DNA of 63,003 nt, filler included. It is 6 parts of 6 records of this genome, joined end to end, with 100 filler letters (N's around TTAATTAATTAA, not from the genome) between each part and the next. Parts side by side here need not be neighbours in the genome. Positions count along the whole stretch, not along the records: positions 40,435 to 50,250 come from SRR9188677_177; positions 50,351 to 53,615 come from SRR9188677_179; positions 53,716 to 63,003 come from SRR9188677_184; 3 more parts are not named here. One strand, given 5' to 3'. A program made the translations under genes and the position numbers. This document shows positions 48,101-57,759 of the stretch, piece after piece. The notes below the pieces were generated by a model that ran no database searches, was not told where the DNA came from, and saw only the letters and a list, made by a program, of their open reading frames with translations. Numbering within the stretch: the first letter of the stretch is position 1; each line of letters begins with the position of its first letter.

Positions 48101-48785
48101 CACTGATAGAACGGATCCGGGATCCGGTGAGATCTGTTCCCTGGGTCCCGTTAGTTGTTCCCAGTACACTGTATATCTCCCCCTTATTCAATGATACCGT
48201 TGCGGCAAAACCCGGAGCGAGGCCATTTAAATTAGCGGCAGAGGGAGTAATTTCTACCGTAGTATTATCTTCTGTAGCCACCACAAAGAAAAAAGAATTG
48301 GAAAAAGTAGCGTTGGACGATTGCGTATAATTCACAGAATAATAATCCTTACCTAATGTGTTAGTAGGAAACAATAAAGAAGCACCCGACACACTTTGAT
48401 TGTAAATATGTGCATACGCCACAATCGGAACATCACTTACGATATGAATACCACGCTTAAAAGAACCGGGACCGGATATACGGGCATCCTGGGCTCCTGT
48501 TTTGGGTATAGGATCAGATGTAGTTACCTGATTAGCTACTACCGTATAGGTTTTGGTATACCCAATGCCGGGGATATCGAGTGTTACCGTTGCATTTTTG
48601 TCGGAAGTAAAATACAGTACCATGTCCTGTATATTAGTCTGGTTGGCAGGCACCCCAGCACCCATATTAACGTGGAAACCGTAGCCGAGCCAGAAGTCCT
48701 TGCCTTTATTCGAGAAGTCCTGTCCATTTACCATCAAATGACCAAGGGTATATACCAGCAACAGCAGAAATCGATACTTCTTCAT
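45147..48785 (-). CDS. T9SS-secreted protein: IgGFc-binding-like N-terminus, PKD repeats, type B CTD
   Basis: GKDFWLG; WDFGDG PKD repeats; PNAFSPNGDGINDTW...WNG...GTYYY; adjacent porP/sprF. Confidence 0.9.
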   Translation of the reverse strand: MKKYRFLLLLVYTLGHLMVNGQDFSNKGKDFWLGYGFHVNMGAGVPANQTNIQDMVLYFTSDKNATVTLDIPGIGYTKTYTVVANQVTTSDPIPKTGAQDARISGPGSFKRGIHIVSDVPIVAYAHIYNQSVSGASLLFPTNTLGKDYYSVNYTQSSNATFSNSFFFVVATEDNTTVEITPSAANLNGLAPGFAATVSLNKGEIYSVLGTTNGTQGTDLTGSRIRSISAGGSGGCKKIAVFSGAGKISIGGGATGSADNLFAQAFPSVAWGKKYLTAPTGSQPNNYYRICVTDPTTVVKLNGVVLPASSLANNFYYQFKNANASGTNPAVPNLIEADKPILVAQYCTTQGQDGNPNTNPGGDPEMIYLSPVEQTINSITLYSANKNLILQSYINVIIKNGGTASFTLDGNKVSGFLPHPQEPNYSYAILPVTAGSHSLYSDTGFNAIAYGFGAAESYGYNAGTNVRDFTPSATFQNPYSRIDSSVTCVNTPLQLSVPLTFVPASIKWDFSAAPNISPATIIGPLTSFTPDSTKSLNGQTLNYYSPGKTFSFTTANTSSVRDTIKLYTTSATPDGCGSTDQVFTLPVTVKELPLAKFSVTAGGCANDPVTLTDQSTVTQGATKRWFWDFGDGTNADLTTATVSPKVYNSPASYTIKLKVASDIGCLSSEFSQTVQQTAKPVAGFTATALKCVDRDISFTDASTTTAGTLAKWIWDLGDGGSVITNTSNVPVSTKYTSDGAKKVSLTVATGSGCTSVPFTPAFSINPSPQPGFVLPEVCLSDAFALFTDASKISDGSEAQFKYQWNLNAGTPAVSPGPSIVSSTLKSPQVKYAKSDNYKVSLTVTSKDGCVASLVQDFTVNGSIPKAAFEFANEAPYCGVKPVRLKNTSTVDFGNVTKLEIYWDYANNPTVKETDENPTPGKIYPHAYADPTSPKTYTIRMVAYSGGTACSDLTSQTITVYPQPKASFTVSASQLCYGDLISFTDKSYSGSSAVANWAWSLGGGDISTQQNPNKQFNDSGLFNVSLYFLNTDGCISDTATQTLTVYPNPKLVLPHKITVLIGAQVKITPTYVYGNELVYLWTPPTYLSSDTAISPVSIPEDDITYRLKLTATGGCSVTDTIYIRVLKGPEVPNAFSPNGDGINDTWRIKYLDGYPGATIDVYNRYGQIVFRSLGYDIEWNGTRNGNPLPVGTYYYIINPKNGRQIITGSVTIIK

Positions 48786-48888
48786 CAGGGGCGGTCAATA
48801 TTTCGGGTGCGCTTCTATTCGATTGAAACGCAATGTTTAAAATTACGGCATCTCAGCCTACCAGCCAGTTTAAAGACTCATTAAAACG

Positions 48889-49530
48889 TTAAAATGTTGT
48901 TTGCAATAAATGGCTGGTTTCGGGTCCGCAGCAGAACAGCAAATCCAATAGGGAAAGGTTGGGCTGAAATCCGATTCTGTCTTCAAATACCTGGGTATAC
49001 CGGGGGCAGTTATCTGCCTGCTGGTAATTTTTGGGGAGCAGGGTATTGCGTTTATCCGTAACCCCTTCCGGGTAAGTTTTCTGGTAGCTGGGCGTCAGAG
49101 AAATATCCCCCGGCATTTTCAGCACTTTTTTCAGCCAGGTCAGGGTGGCCATGTTCAGATCCAGCAGGTAGGTTTCTTGCTGCTGGAGGAGCTGCCAAAC
49201 CCCATCCCGGTAAAATTCGAAGAAGGGTGCCCGGCTGTAACAGGACTCAATGGTACGCCAATGCTGTACCAGCCAGTTATCTGCATAGCTGATTTTTACA
49301 TCCTTCATCAGCTCCCTTTGTCCCCTGCCTTTTTCCAGCGGAACCGATAAGCCCACCACGCCATTGCTCCCCGCCACCATACAACGGTTGCGAAAACTCA
49401 TTTTTTGGTAGGTTTCATATTGCTCAATTTCAATATTTGAATATTGAAATAAAATTTTATAATAGTTAATACTTCCAAAGTATTGATTATCAATTATTAA
49501 AGAACCAATATTTTTATTCTGTTTAATCAT
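48889..49530 (-). CDS. WbqC family protein
   Basis: YQKMSFRNR, HWRTIESCYSRAPFF, YTQVF...NLSLLDLLF. Confidence 0.9.
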   Translation of the reverse strand: MIKQNKNIGSLIIDNQYFGSINYYKILFQYSNIEIEQYETYQKMSFRNRCMVAGSNGVVGLSVPLEKGRGQRELMKDVKISYADNWLVQHWRTIESCYSRAPFFEFYRDGVWQLLQQQETYLLDLNMATLTWLKKVLKMPGDISLTPSYQKTYPEGVTDKRNTLLPKNYQQADNCPRYTQVFEDRIGFQPNLSLLDLLFCCGPETSHLLQTTF

Positions 49531-49781
49531 TGTGATATATCTGTAGAATCCTATTAAAATAGTCTAAATTAACGATTATAAATATTTAGTTAATATATCA
49601 TAATCAATTGATTATTAGTATATTATTATACTATTTATTAAACTATTATTATTAGCATTGAAAAATGCACTTTTTTTCACTCAAAAAGCTAACATATTTA
49701 GCGGTAAATGTAAGTTAATAAAAAAGATGACATCTTGAAAATCGGTGAGTCTCTCCTATTTTGCAGGTAAATACTTAGCTG

Positions 49782-50228
49782 TTGAAACAAGCCCTCCTAT
49801 TCGCCTTATTTGCCCTTTTACTGGCAGGCTGCCAGAAGCCACAGGGATTTGATTACCGGGATATCAAAAATGTGAAGATTGAAAATATGGGGTTCGACAA
49901 GACCCTCCTGTCGATGGATCTTGTGTATTACAATCCCAACGGTTTTGGGGTGGACCTGAAAAAAGTGGACTGCGACGTGTATGTGGATAATAGCTACCTC
50001 GGCAAATACCAGCTCGATACCCTGATGCATATTCCCCGCCGGGCCGAATTTAACCTACCCTCCCGCATTGCGATAGACATGAAAACGGTGCTGAAAAACA
50101 GCCTCAATATGCTGTTCAGCCAGGAAGTGCTGATCAATGTAAAAGGAACCACCCGGGTGGGTAAGGCAGGATTTTATACCAATGTGCCGTTTAATTATGA
50201 GGCGAGGCACCGGTTGAAGCTCTTTTGA
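49782..50228 (+). CDS. LEA type 2 family lipoprotein
   Basis: Lipobox LAGC; YNPN motif; TTG start. Confidence 0.8.
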   Translation: MKQALLFALFALLLAGCQKPQGFDYRDIKNVKIENMGFDKTLLSMDLVYYNPNGFGVDLKKVDCDVYVDNSYLGKYQLDTLMHIPRRAEFNLPSRIAIDMKTVLKNSLNMLFSQEVLINVKGTTRVGKAGFYTNVPFNYEARHRLKLF

Positions 50229-50250
50229 ATATCGAATATCGAACAGGGAA

Positions 50251-50350
50251 NNNNNNNNNNNNNNNNNNNNNNNNNNNNNNNNNNNNNNNNNNNNTTAATT
50301 AATTAANNNNNNNNNNNNNNNNNNNNNNNNNNNNNNNNNNNNNNNNNNNN
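50251..50350. other. Artificial contig linker
   Basis: N-run with TTAATTAATTAA. Confidence 0.99.
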
Positions 50351-50473
50351 AACGACCACCTGCACGAAGGCCGCGACCGCACCCGGTCCGACCACGGCTT
50401 TGTGCGTGCCTTGCTGCGGCTCAGGATGCCGCCCGCAATGCCGTCGCCATCACCGCAAGCCAATTCGGCATGA
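50351..50473 (+). CDS. C-terminal fragment, probably endonuclease/exonuclease/phosphatase family
   Basis: Hand-translated NDHLHEGRDRTRSDHGFVRALLRL...*; SDH motif. Confidence 0.55.
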   Translation, partial: NDHLHEGRDRTRSDHGFVRALLRLRMPPAMPSPSPQANSA

Positions 50474-50603
50474 GGTGCAGCCCCCTCGCCATGTCAATCA
50501 GCGCTTTGCAACGGGATGTACGCCGACACAGCCCGACACAACTGCGCAGGTAACATCCACGGCACAGACGCCCCCCAGCGAGGCATCCATTGGCAGAACC
50601 CAC

Positions 50604-52496
50604 ATGACCATGCACTCTTTTCTTCGCCGCGCGACCCGCGCAGACTCAGACACGGCCCGCCCTGCCGCTGCTTCTTTGGGGGCCATGCACTGGACGGCTT
50701 CAGCCACCTTAGCCGCCCTGCTGCTGACGGCCTGTGGCAGCACACCGCTGCCCCCCTGGCCCTCCACACCAGCAGCCCAGAGGGCCAATGCACCCGCCCC
50801 TCTGCCGCGCGCGCAGCAAGGTACCGTGGTGCCCGCTCCGCTGGGCCAGCAACACCAGCAACCGCCGCTGCAGCCACCGCAGCGGGCGGCCGTGGTGTCC
50901 ACCCCCCTGCCCCCGACTGCGCCCTTGGTGGTGCAAAACGAAGGCCCCATGGCGCCGCCCTATGGCGCCGCTGTGGCAGCACGTTTCCCGAACCCGCCGA
51001 TTTCGTACAACACCCCGGGGCTGGCGCAGGATCGCCGCGCCTTCACCACCAACGCCGAGCTGGGCCAGTGGCTGCGGTCCCTAACGGATGCCGTACCCCG
51101 AGGAACCACCCGCACCAAGCTGCTGAACCTCGGGACATCGCAACGTGGTGAACCCATCCAGGGCCTGCTGCTCACCCGCGCTGCGGGCACAGACCCCGCC
51201 AGCCTGGATACCAGCGGCCGACCCACCGTGGTGCTGATAGGTCAGCAGCACGGCGACGAGCCCGCAGGCAGCGAAGCCCTGCTGGTTATCAGCAGTGAAC
51301 TGGCCCAGGGGCTCCTGGAGCCTTTGCTGGATCGCATCAACGTGGTCGTGGTGCCCCGCGCCAACCCCGACGGTGCCGAGGTCGGTACACGCGTCACGGC
51401 CAATGGCGTGGACATGAACCGCGATCACCTGCTGCTCAACACCCCCGAGGCCCGCGCACTGGCCCAGGTCATTAACGACTACCGCCCCATCCTGGTCGTG
51501 GACGCCCACGAATACACCGTGGTGGGCCGCTATCTGCAGAAATTCAACGCCGTCCAGCGCTACGACGCCCTGCTGCAGTACGCCACCACCGCCAACTACC
51601 CCGAGTTCCTGACCAAGGCCTCGCAGGAGTGGTACCACCAGCCCATGGTCACCGCCCTCAAGGCCCAGGGCATCACCAGCGACTGGTACTACACCACCTC
51701 GACCAATCTGCAAGACAAGCGCATCTCCATGGGCGGCACGCAGCCCGACACGGGCCGCAACGTCAATGGCCTCAAGAACACCGTCAGCCTGCTTATCGAG
51801 ACACGCGGCGTGGGCATTGGCCGCATGCACATCCAGCGCCGCGTGCACTCGCAGGTCACGGCCATCAGCAGCGCCCTGCGCACCACGGCAGAGCGTGCCG
51901 CCAACCTGGAGCAGGTGCGCTCCTTCGTGGCCCGGGACGTGAGCGCCCAGGCTTGCCGTGATCAGGTGGTCATCGAGGCTGCCGCCACCCCTACCCAGCG
52001 CGACCTGGACTTTCTGGACCCCGAGACCGGCGCAGACCGTTCCATCCGCGTGGACTGGAACTCGTCGCTGACCCTGCGGGCCATCAAATCCCGCGCCCGC
52101 CCCTGCGGATACTGGCTTGCGGCGGGGTCTACTGCGGCCGTGGAGCGTCTGCGACTGCTGGGCCTGCAAGTGATGCGGGTGGCCGAGCCAGGCGCCATGC
52201 TGGCCGAAACCTACCGCGAAACGGCACGCGAAGCGGGCGACCGGCAGGACGTCATCGGCACCATCGCCGGTGGCGCAGGCATCGTGCGCGTCGAGGTGTC
52301 CACCGTGCGCAGCGCTGTGGATGCCCCCGCTGGCAGCTTCTATGTCCCGCTGAACCAGCCCCGCGCCAACCTGGCCGTGGCCGCCCTGGAGCCCGACACG
52401 CAGAACAGCTACTTCGCCAACCGTTTGATCGACGACCTGGGCCAGATGGCCCGTGTCATGGCCACGCCCGCTCTGGTATTTGAGGAAACCGACTAG
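50604..52496 (+). CDS. M14 family zinc carboxypeptidase, lipoprotein
   Basis: QHGDEP, NPDG, DMNRDH, VDAHE, LIETRG; lipobox LTAC; start uncertain. Confidence 0.88.
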   Translation: MTMHSFLRRATRADSDTARPAAASLGAMHWTASATLAALLLTACGSTPLPPWPSTPAAQRANAPAPLPRAQQGTVVPAPLGQQHQQPPLQPPQRAAVVSTPLPPTAPLVVQNEGPMAPPYGAAVAARFPNPPISYNTPGLAQDRRAFTTNAELGQWLRSLTDAVPRGTTRTKLLNLGTSQRGEPIQGLLLTRAAGTDPASLDTSGRPTVVLIGQQHGDEPAGSEALLVISSELAQGLLEPLLDRINVVVVPRANPDGAEVGTRVTANGVDMNRDHLLLNTPEARALAQVINDYRPILVVDAHEYTVVGRYLQKFNAVQRYDALLQYATTANYPEFLTKASQEWYHQPMVTALKAQGITSDWYYTTSTNLQDKRISMGGTQPDTGRNVNGLKNTVSLLIETRGVGIGRMHIQRRVHSQVTAISSALRTTAERAANLEQVRSFVARDVSAQACRDQVVIEAAATPTQRDLDFLDPETGADRSIRVDWNSSLTLRAIKSRARPCGYWLAAGSTAAVERLRLLGLQVMRVAEPGAMLAETYRETAREAGDRQDVIGTIAGGAGIVRVEVSTVRSAVDAPAGSFYVPLNQPRANLAVAALEPDTQNSYFANRLIDDLGQMARVMATPALVFEETD

Positions 52497-52595
52497 GCAA
52501 AAAAACGGTAAGCCATCGGCCAGCTGCACCGGCCACGGCGGCGCAGCGCGGGCCGAAGACGGCCCCATCCGCAGGAGAACAGCTCGCGAACCACA

Positions 52596-52660
52596 TTTGC
52601 TATTAAATATATAGCAAACAATCCTTTATGGTTGCGCGCAAAGGCCGAATATTTCTTGAA
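52596..52660. repeat. AT-rich palindromic intergenic element of the kind common in Comamonadaceae
   Basis: TTTGCTAT-TAAATAT-ATAGCAAA palindrome in GC-rich context; family link recalled, not verified. Confidence 0.55.
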
Positions 52661-53615
52661 TTACACCGGGCCATGAAGCGGCGCAGGCCCGGTCTGCCGC
52701 GCATGGCGCGCCCGGGACCGCTCCAGCACATGGCGCGACATCAGCTCGGCCAGCGCATCCTCCGCAAGGAAAACGACCGTGCCCTCACACTCCTGCACCA
52801 GCCTGCGCGCTTCGTCGTCGCTGTGGCTACGCACCACGGTTTCGATGGCGGGGTTCAAAGTCATTGCTGTGCTGATGATCTGCCGCACGTTGAGGGAATC
52901 CGGGGTGGCAATCACCAGCATGGCCGCGCGGGCGATGTGGGCCTGGATCAACACGGCGGGCTCCACCGCGTCCCCGAACACGGCTGCAATGCCCTCCGCC
53001 CGAAGCGACTCCACCAGTTCCCGATTTTGTTCAGCCACCACAAAAGGAATGTCCTGGGCCGCCAGGGCACTTGCCACGCGCCGCCCGACCCGGCCATAGC
53101 CCACCAGCACCACCTGGCGGGCCAGGTAGCGCGAATCCGTGCTCATCGGCAGCTCAGCCAGCGGATCGTCACGCTGCTCCAGCCGCCGCGCCCAGGCAGA
53201 GCGCGCACGCAGCCAGTCCTGCAACGGCGCAATCGCGTGGAAGAGTAAAGGGTTGAGGGCCATCGAAATCAGCGCCCCTGCCAGGACCAGGCTAGCCCCT
53301 TCCGGCGGCAAGAGCCCCAGCGATGAACCCAGGGCCACCAGGATGAACGAGAACTCGCCAATCTGCGCAAGACTTGCCGACACCGTGAGCGCCGTGTTGA
53401 GCGGATACCGAAATGCCAGCACCAGCCCCGCAGCGGCCAGCGTTTTGCCCACCATGATGATCGCCACTACGGCCAGCACCTGCAACGGCCGCTCCCACAG
53501 CACGGCGGGGTTGAACAGCATGCCGACCGACACAAAAAACAGCACGGCGAAGGCATCGCGCAGTGGCAAAGACTCATGTGCCGCACGGTGGCTGAACTCC
53601 GATTCGCGCATCACC
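52661..53615 (-). CDS. ybaL: CPA2 family cation:proton antiporter with TrkA-N domain (YbaL-like), 5' truncated
   Basis: PLRDAFAVLFFVSVGM, LAQIGEFSFIL, VGYGRVG. Confidence 0.9.
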
Positions 53616-53715
53616 NNNNNNNNNNNNNNNNNNNNNNNNNNNNNNNNNNNNNNNNNNNNTTAATTAATTAANNNNNNNNNNNNNNNNNNNNNNNNNNNNN
53701 NNNNNNNNNNNNNNN
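53616..53715. other. Artificial contig linker
   Basis: N-run with TTAATTAATTAA. Confidence 0.99.
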
Positions 53716-53719
53716 TTCC

Positions 53720-53745
53720 AGCCTCGCAAACCGCGGGGCTTTTTT
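53720..53745 (+). terminator. Intrinsic terminator at contig start
   Basis: AGCCTCGC AAACC GCGGGGCT followed by a T-run. Confidence 0.65.
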
Positions 53746-54028
53746 GTTAGAAATCAGATTGCCTCTGATATTTTATGCATGGAAATCCTTTAGCAAATTG
53801 TAAGTGCTTCAACCTATATAACGGTGAATTCTTTCAATCTATGCTAATCCCTTAAAATCCTCTACAATTTGGTTCTAGAAAAGTCCAAAGAGGTTCACAA
53901 AAGATAAAAGCCGCTCCATGAGCTGCATTCAGCATTATATCCTGACTGAATATCGAACTATTACAGAATATATTTAGTTAATCATAGTTTAAGCTATAAC
54001 AAACGCAATAGTTTAGTTATATTTAGTA

Positions 54029-55366
54029 ATGACCGAAGGCACATATAAACAACTATTTTATAATAGTCTTGTCCCAATGTATGTCTTCGACGATAAGACC
54101 TTTGATTTTTATGCTGTCAATGAAGCAGCTATTCAACAATATGGTTATACGGAGTCTGAATTTCTCAATATTAAGGCTACGGATATAAGACCCGCAGATG
54201 ACATTGCCTATTTCGAGAAAGCTAATTTGGATGTTTCGGACAAATATGTTGATCTAGGGCATTGGCGTCACATGAAGAAAGACGGAGAAATCTTCTACGT
54301 TAACATCTATGCACATACTACAGAATTTAATGGAAAGAAAGTCAGGGTTGTTTTAGCCGTTGATATTGATAAAAAAGTAAGGGTTGAGTCAGAACTTAAA
54401 AAGAAGGAATTTGAAATAACGAGTATACTTGAGAGTGTCACCGACGGTTTCTATGCCTTAAATAAGAAATGGGAAGTAATCTACTTTAATAAGACTGCCG
54501 AGAAAGCTCTTGGTTATAAGAGAGAAGAAGTAATAGGCAAAAATCTTTGGGAGTTCTTTCCTGCTTCTATGGAGGGTAGATTTTACAGCGAGTACAACAA
54601 GGTGATGAATGAAGGTGTTAGTGCTCAATTCGAAGAGTACTATGCACCTGCCGGAGTATGGGGTTCTATGCATGTCTATCCAACCCAGGATGGAATTGCA
54701 GTGTATTTCGTAGATATAACGGAACAGAAAAAAATTCAAGAAAAGATATTACGCGATGAAGAAAATCTTCGTGCGATCATTAACAATACATCTGACCTGA
54801 TATGGTCAATTGATACCAAGTATAATTTTATTTCAGCAAATGATGCCTTTTGGGCACGTCTTGAATTAAAAACCGGCAGGAAGGCAAAAAAACTCTATGG
54901 CGGAGAGTTTAATAATGAAACGATTAGCGAGTGGGGTGAATACTACGAACGCAGTTTTACAGGGGAAGCGTTTAAAATTATTCGTAGTGAGACGATAGAA
55001 GGCCAGTTGATATTTGAAGAGATAAGCTTTAATCCGATATTCGATAAAACCCGCCAAGTAGTAGGTGTTAGTTGTTTTGCCCGTGATATTACAAAGCAAC
55101 ACTTATATACTCAAATGATTGAACGGCAAAATGAACAGTTAAAAAAAATTGCCTGGATGCTCTCGCATGAATTAAGAGCACCCGTTGCAAATATACTTGG
55201 TCTCGTGCCTCTTTTCAATAAGTTGAACATTGCTGACCCGGCCAATCTGGAAGTATTATCCTTTATAGAAGAAGCGACCATCAGAATGGATGAAATTGTC
55301 AAAAACATAAATGAACAAACAATTACCGCAAAGGATATCGAAGCTGATTTTAATAGGAACAGTTAA
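54029..55366 (+). CDS. Multi-PAS protein ending in a HisKA helix pair, without HATPase domain
   Basis: Three PAS/PAC repeats (NEAAIQQYGY, FNKTAEKALGY, DITEQK, RDIT); SHELRAP H-box; stops ~65 aa later. Confidence 0.85.
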   Translation: MTEGTYKQLFYNSLVPMYVFDDKTFDFYAVNEAAIQQYGYTESEFLNIKATDIRPADDIAYFEKANLDVSDKYVDLGHWRHMKKDGEIFYVNIYAHTTEFNGKKVRVVLAVDIDKKVRVESELKKKEFEITSILESVTDGFYALNKKWEVIYFNKTAEKALGYKREEVIGKNLWEFFPASMEGRFYSEYNKVMNEGVSAQFEEYYAPAGVWGSMHVYPTQDGIAVYFVDITEQKKIQEKILRDEENLRAIINNTSDLIWSIDTKYNFISANDAFWARLELKTGRKAKKLYGGEFNNETISEWGEYYERSFTGEAFKIIRSETIEGQLIFEEISFNPIFDKTRQVVGVSCFARDITKQHLYTQMIERQNEQLKKIAWMLSHELRAPVANILGLVPLFNKLNIADPANLEVLSFIEEATIRMDEIVKNINEQTITAKDIEADFNRNS

Positions 55367-55722
55367 CAAGACAAGCTTTTAAATAAGATGTTCCTATTTT
55401 ATGTGGCCTACACATTCTTACATACTGCATTGAAAAACAGATAACTATACTGCAAGCTGTTTAAACCCTTTTAAAAGAAGGTTCGATAAGCACCAAGAGA
55501 GGTTCACTCATACTCACGTCATTGTGTTACATCCCGAAACTTCGGGGCGAGAAACGAAGCAATAACACAAACCACACGTCGGTTAGAATCCAGGTCGGAC
55601 TACAAACAACTACTCACCATCCGGCCCTTCATCGCCCCTATCTACGGAAACTGCCACCCGCGCACCAGAGTTGGTAGGGCGACAGATGGCAGCACTTGGT
55701 TAAAATTAGTTTGGACTGGTTA

Positions 55723-55851
55723 CTACTGCTTAGGCTTAGCTTTTTTCACCGGCAATATCTCTAGCTTCTCGGGCTTTATTTTAGTAGTTTGATAGTCTGA
55801 CACTTTCTTTTTAGCATCTGTATTGGCAGCTTTCTTTTTGTCTTTACTCAT
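55723..55851 (-). CDS. Small Lys-rich hypothetical protein (42 aa)
   Basis: Hand-translated MSKDKKKAANTDAKKKVSDYQTTKIKPEKLEILPVKKAKPKQ; 15 nt after the GT stop. Confidence 0.55.
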   Translation of the reverse strand: MSKDKKKAANTDAKKKVSDYQTTKIKPEKLEILPVKKAKPKQ

Positions 55852-55866
55852 AATATCGGTACTGTT

Positions 55867-56811
55867 TTAGTTAACTGAATCTATTGTTGTTTGAAGTTTT
55901 AATGCAGTTGCTTCTCTCGGTATTTTGCTAAGCCTTTTCAACTGCAATGCATTGATGATGGATATATCATGCTCGCTATCAAATTTGCGGGCAAACAAAT
56001 CATCTGTTGCCAGCAGGAAAGGAAGATCTGCCAGCGTGAAGGTCTTAGGCCTTAGTTTTATACTACCATCCGGAATCCAGATAATAGACCGTTTATCGTT
56101 ATTGATAAGCATACCCGAAAATGAAGTATTCATCAGTACTGTCTGAAAAAATGACTCGTCAGGTATAAGTGTATTGGCATAATAATCCTCAAACTTCTTT
56201 ACCTCATCACTATAGCAGATAAACTCGCAGCACTCTCTGTTCAATATCATCCACTGCCCGCCGATGTATGCGGTAACACCTTTCATATAAGCACGCTTGT
56301 GCAGTGCGCTGGATAAGCTGAGGTTAGTTTCTGTAAAGTAGTTTTCAATACGGTTCAGGGTATCGGGGCGCTCCTCTGCCTGATTGGCAATCTTTATAAA
56401 ACTGCTGTCGCGGTGCTTTGAAAGAAAGGTCCTTATTTCATCCTGTGTTCTTAACGGAAAATCTTGTCCGCTCAGGTTAATGAAAAAATCCCAATCGGCA
56501 TTGATAGAAAGCAAATGCTTCATCCCGTTCAGCTCTGCCTGCACCATGCTGTATCCGCCCCATGCTACGTTCGACCTTTCCAGAATATGCACATTGGCAT
56601 ACCCTGCAAGAAAAGAACGCACTTCATTATTGGTTTCGGCACCTGCTTTCTTATCCAGGTGTATCAGGTAAATATTGTCGGTATCGTATATAGCCTCAAA
56701 CAGCTTTTTGAACTGCTGGGGCAGACGATGCACTAAAATAAAATAAGCGATTTTGGGCAACCGCGCGGTTGTATTGCTACTCTGCAGAGTAGATAAAGAC
56801 TGTACTTTCAT
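55867..56811 (-). CDS. Core-2/I-branching (GT14) glycosyltransferase
   Basis: IAYFILVH, IHLDKK, WGGYSMV, INLSGQDFP, GGQW, PDESFFQT, LFARKFD. Confidence 0.92.
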   Translation of the reverse strand: MKVQSLSTLQSSNTTARLPKIAYFILVHRLPQQFKKLFEAIYDTDNIYLIHLDKKAGAETNNEVRSFLAGYANVHILERSNVAWGGYSMVQAELNGMKHLLSINADWDFFINLSGQDFPLRTQDEIRTFLSKHRDSSFIKIANQAEERPDTLNRIENYFTETNLSLSSALHKRAYMKGVTAYIGGQWMILNRECCEFICYSDEVKKFEDYYANTLIPDESFFQTVLMNTSFSGMLINNDKRSIIWIPDGSIKLRPKTFTLADLPFLLATDDLFARKFDSEHDISIINALQLKRLSKIPREATALKLQTTIDSVN

Positions 56812-57111
56812 AAGACCAGAAAAAAATTAATACCGCGAGTGGAATAAACGCGACGACCAACAGATATAATGAGGAGCAATTGAATGTTCTGATAGCCTGT
56901 ATGATACGCAGATAGAACAAATGCTGATCATATCAAATTTACGTAATAAATAAGACCTCTCCTAATTAAACTTACAAGCATCTTATTGCAAAAAAGAATT
57001 ACACATACCATTCAAAACCAGCATACCTTTGCACAGTCCTCGCCTTCTCTGACATGCATGCACATTTCTCATCAGGCCTGCTACATCAATTCACTTAAAT
57101 AAGCATAACCA

Positions 57112-57384
57112 ATGAATACTGAACCAAATACATTATCGATACTTGCACAAAACATCATAAAACTGCTGTCTCCAAGACCAGGGCGTGAGGATGAGTTTGT
57201 TATCATCAATAAGAATCAGTTTGATGGTGAATCCCTTGACGTATTCTTTGGCGCAATACAAGAGCTCAAAGAATCGGGCAAGGTGGTACTCAAAGAAGAT
57301 TATAAATACACCCCTTACGAGAACTTTGGTGATATGACCACTAAGCAATACGCGAAACTGGATATCTTCCTGAAACTATCCTGA
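57112..57384 (+). CDS. Hypothetical protein (possible winged helix)
   Basis: 90-aa ATG ORF; TACCTTTG promoter-like element at ~57024. Confidence 0.55.
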   Translation: MNTEPNTLSILAQNIIKLLSPRPGREDEFVIINKNQFDGESLDVFFGAIQELKESGKVVLKEDYKYTPYENFGDMTTKQYAKLDIFLKLS

Positions 57385-57388
57385 TAGC

Positions 57389-57652
57389 CTACTCTCCGTC
57401 CAGCTCTTCAAATCCCCTGTCTATAGCGTCTGTCTCCTGCACACCATAGTTGGTGAGGCTAACGGAAACAATAGGGATTTTATGAATCAGTATGAGCCCT
57501 TTTATTTGCAGCTCTGTAAGAAACACCAGCAGCAGATCTGCCGGTATCGCCAGGCCTTCTGCAATATCGCTGAGCGTAATCCTATTCAGCGAGCCCAATG
57601 TACGCGTACTCAGTTCTTTTATCGTCCCGAACACTTCAATACTTGTTATCAT
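57389..57652 (-). CDS. Small winged-helix-type protein
   Basis: ITLSDIAEGLAI...LTELQIKGLI...VSLTNYG pattern. Confidence 0.6.
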   Translation of the reverse strand: MITSIEVFGTIKELSTRTLGSLNRITLSDIAEGLAIPADLLLVFLTELQIKGLILIHKIPIVSVSLTNYGVQETDAIDRGFEELDGE

Positions 57653-57709
57653 CGTTGTACATTTTTATTATGAAATAATCACATGGCTGTCTCCCTGCTA
57701 CAGCATTAA

Positions 57710-57739
57710 AAAAGCCACCAAAACAGGATGGTGGCTTTT
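57710..57739 (-). terminator. Intrinsic terminator
   Basis: AAAAGCCACC ... GGTGGCTTTT downstream of fasciclin copy 1. Confidence 0.75.
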
Positions 57740-57759
57740 AAAGTCATCAAACGCTACAG

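Noticed and set aside
51081-52568. 495-aa antisense ORF
   Set aside because: Mirror of the M14 peptidase caused by GC3 bias.
53716-53745. Possible tRNA 3' end (..TTCCA) plus terminator as an integration site
   Set aside because: Only 5 nt precede the hairpin, too little to call a tRNA.
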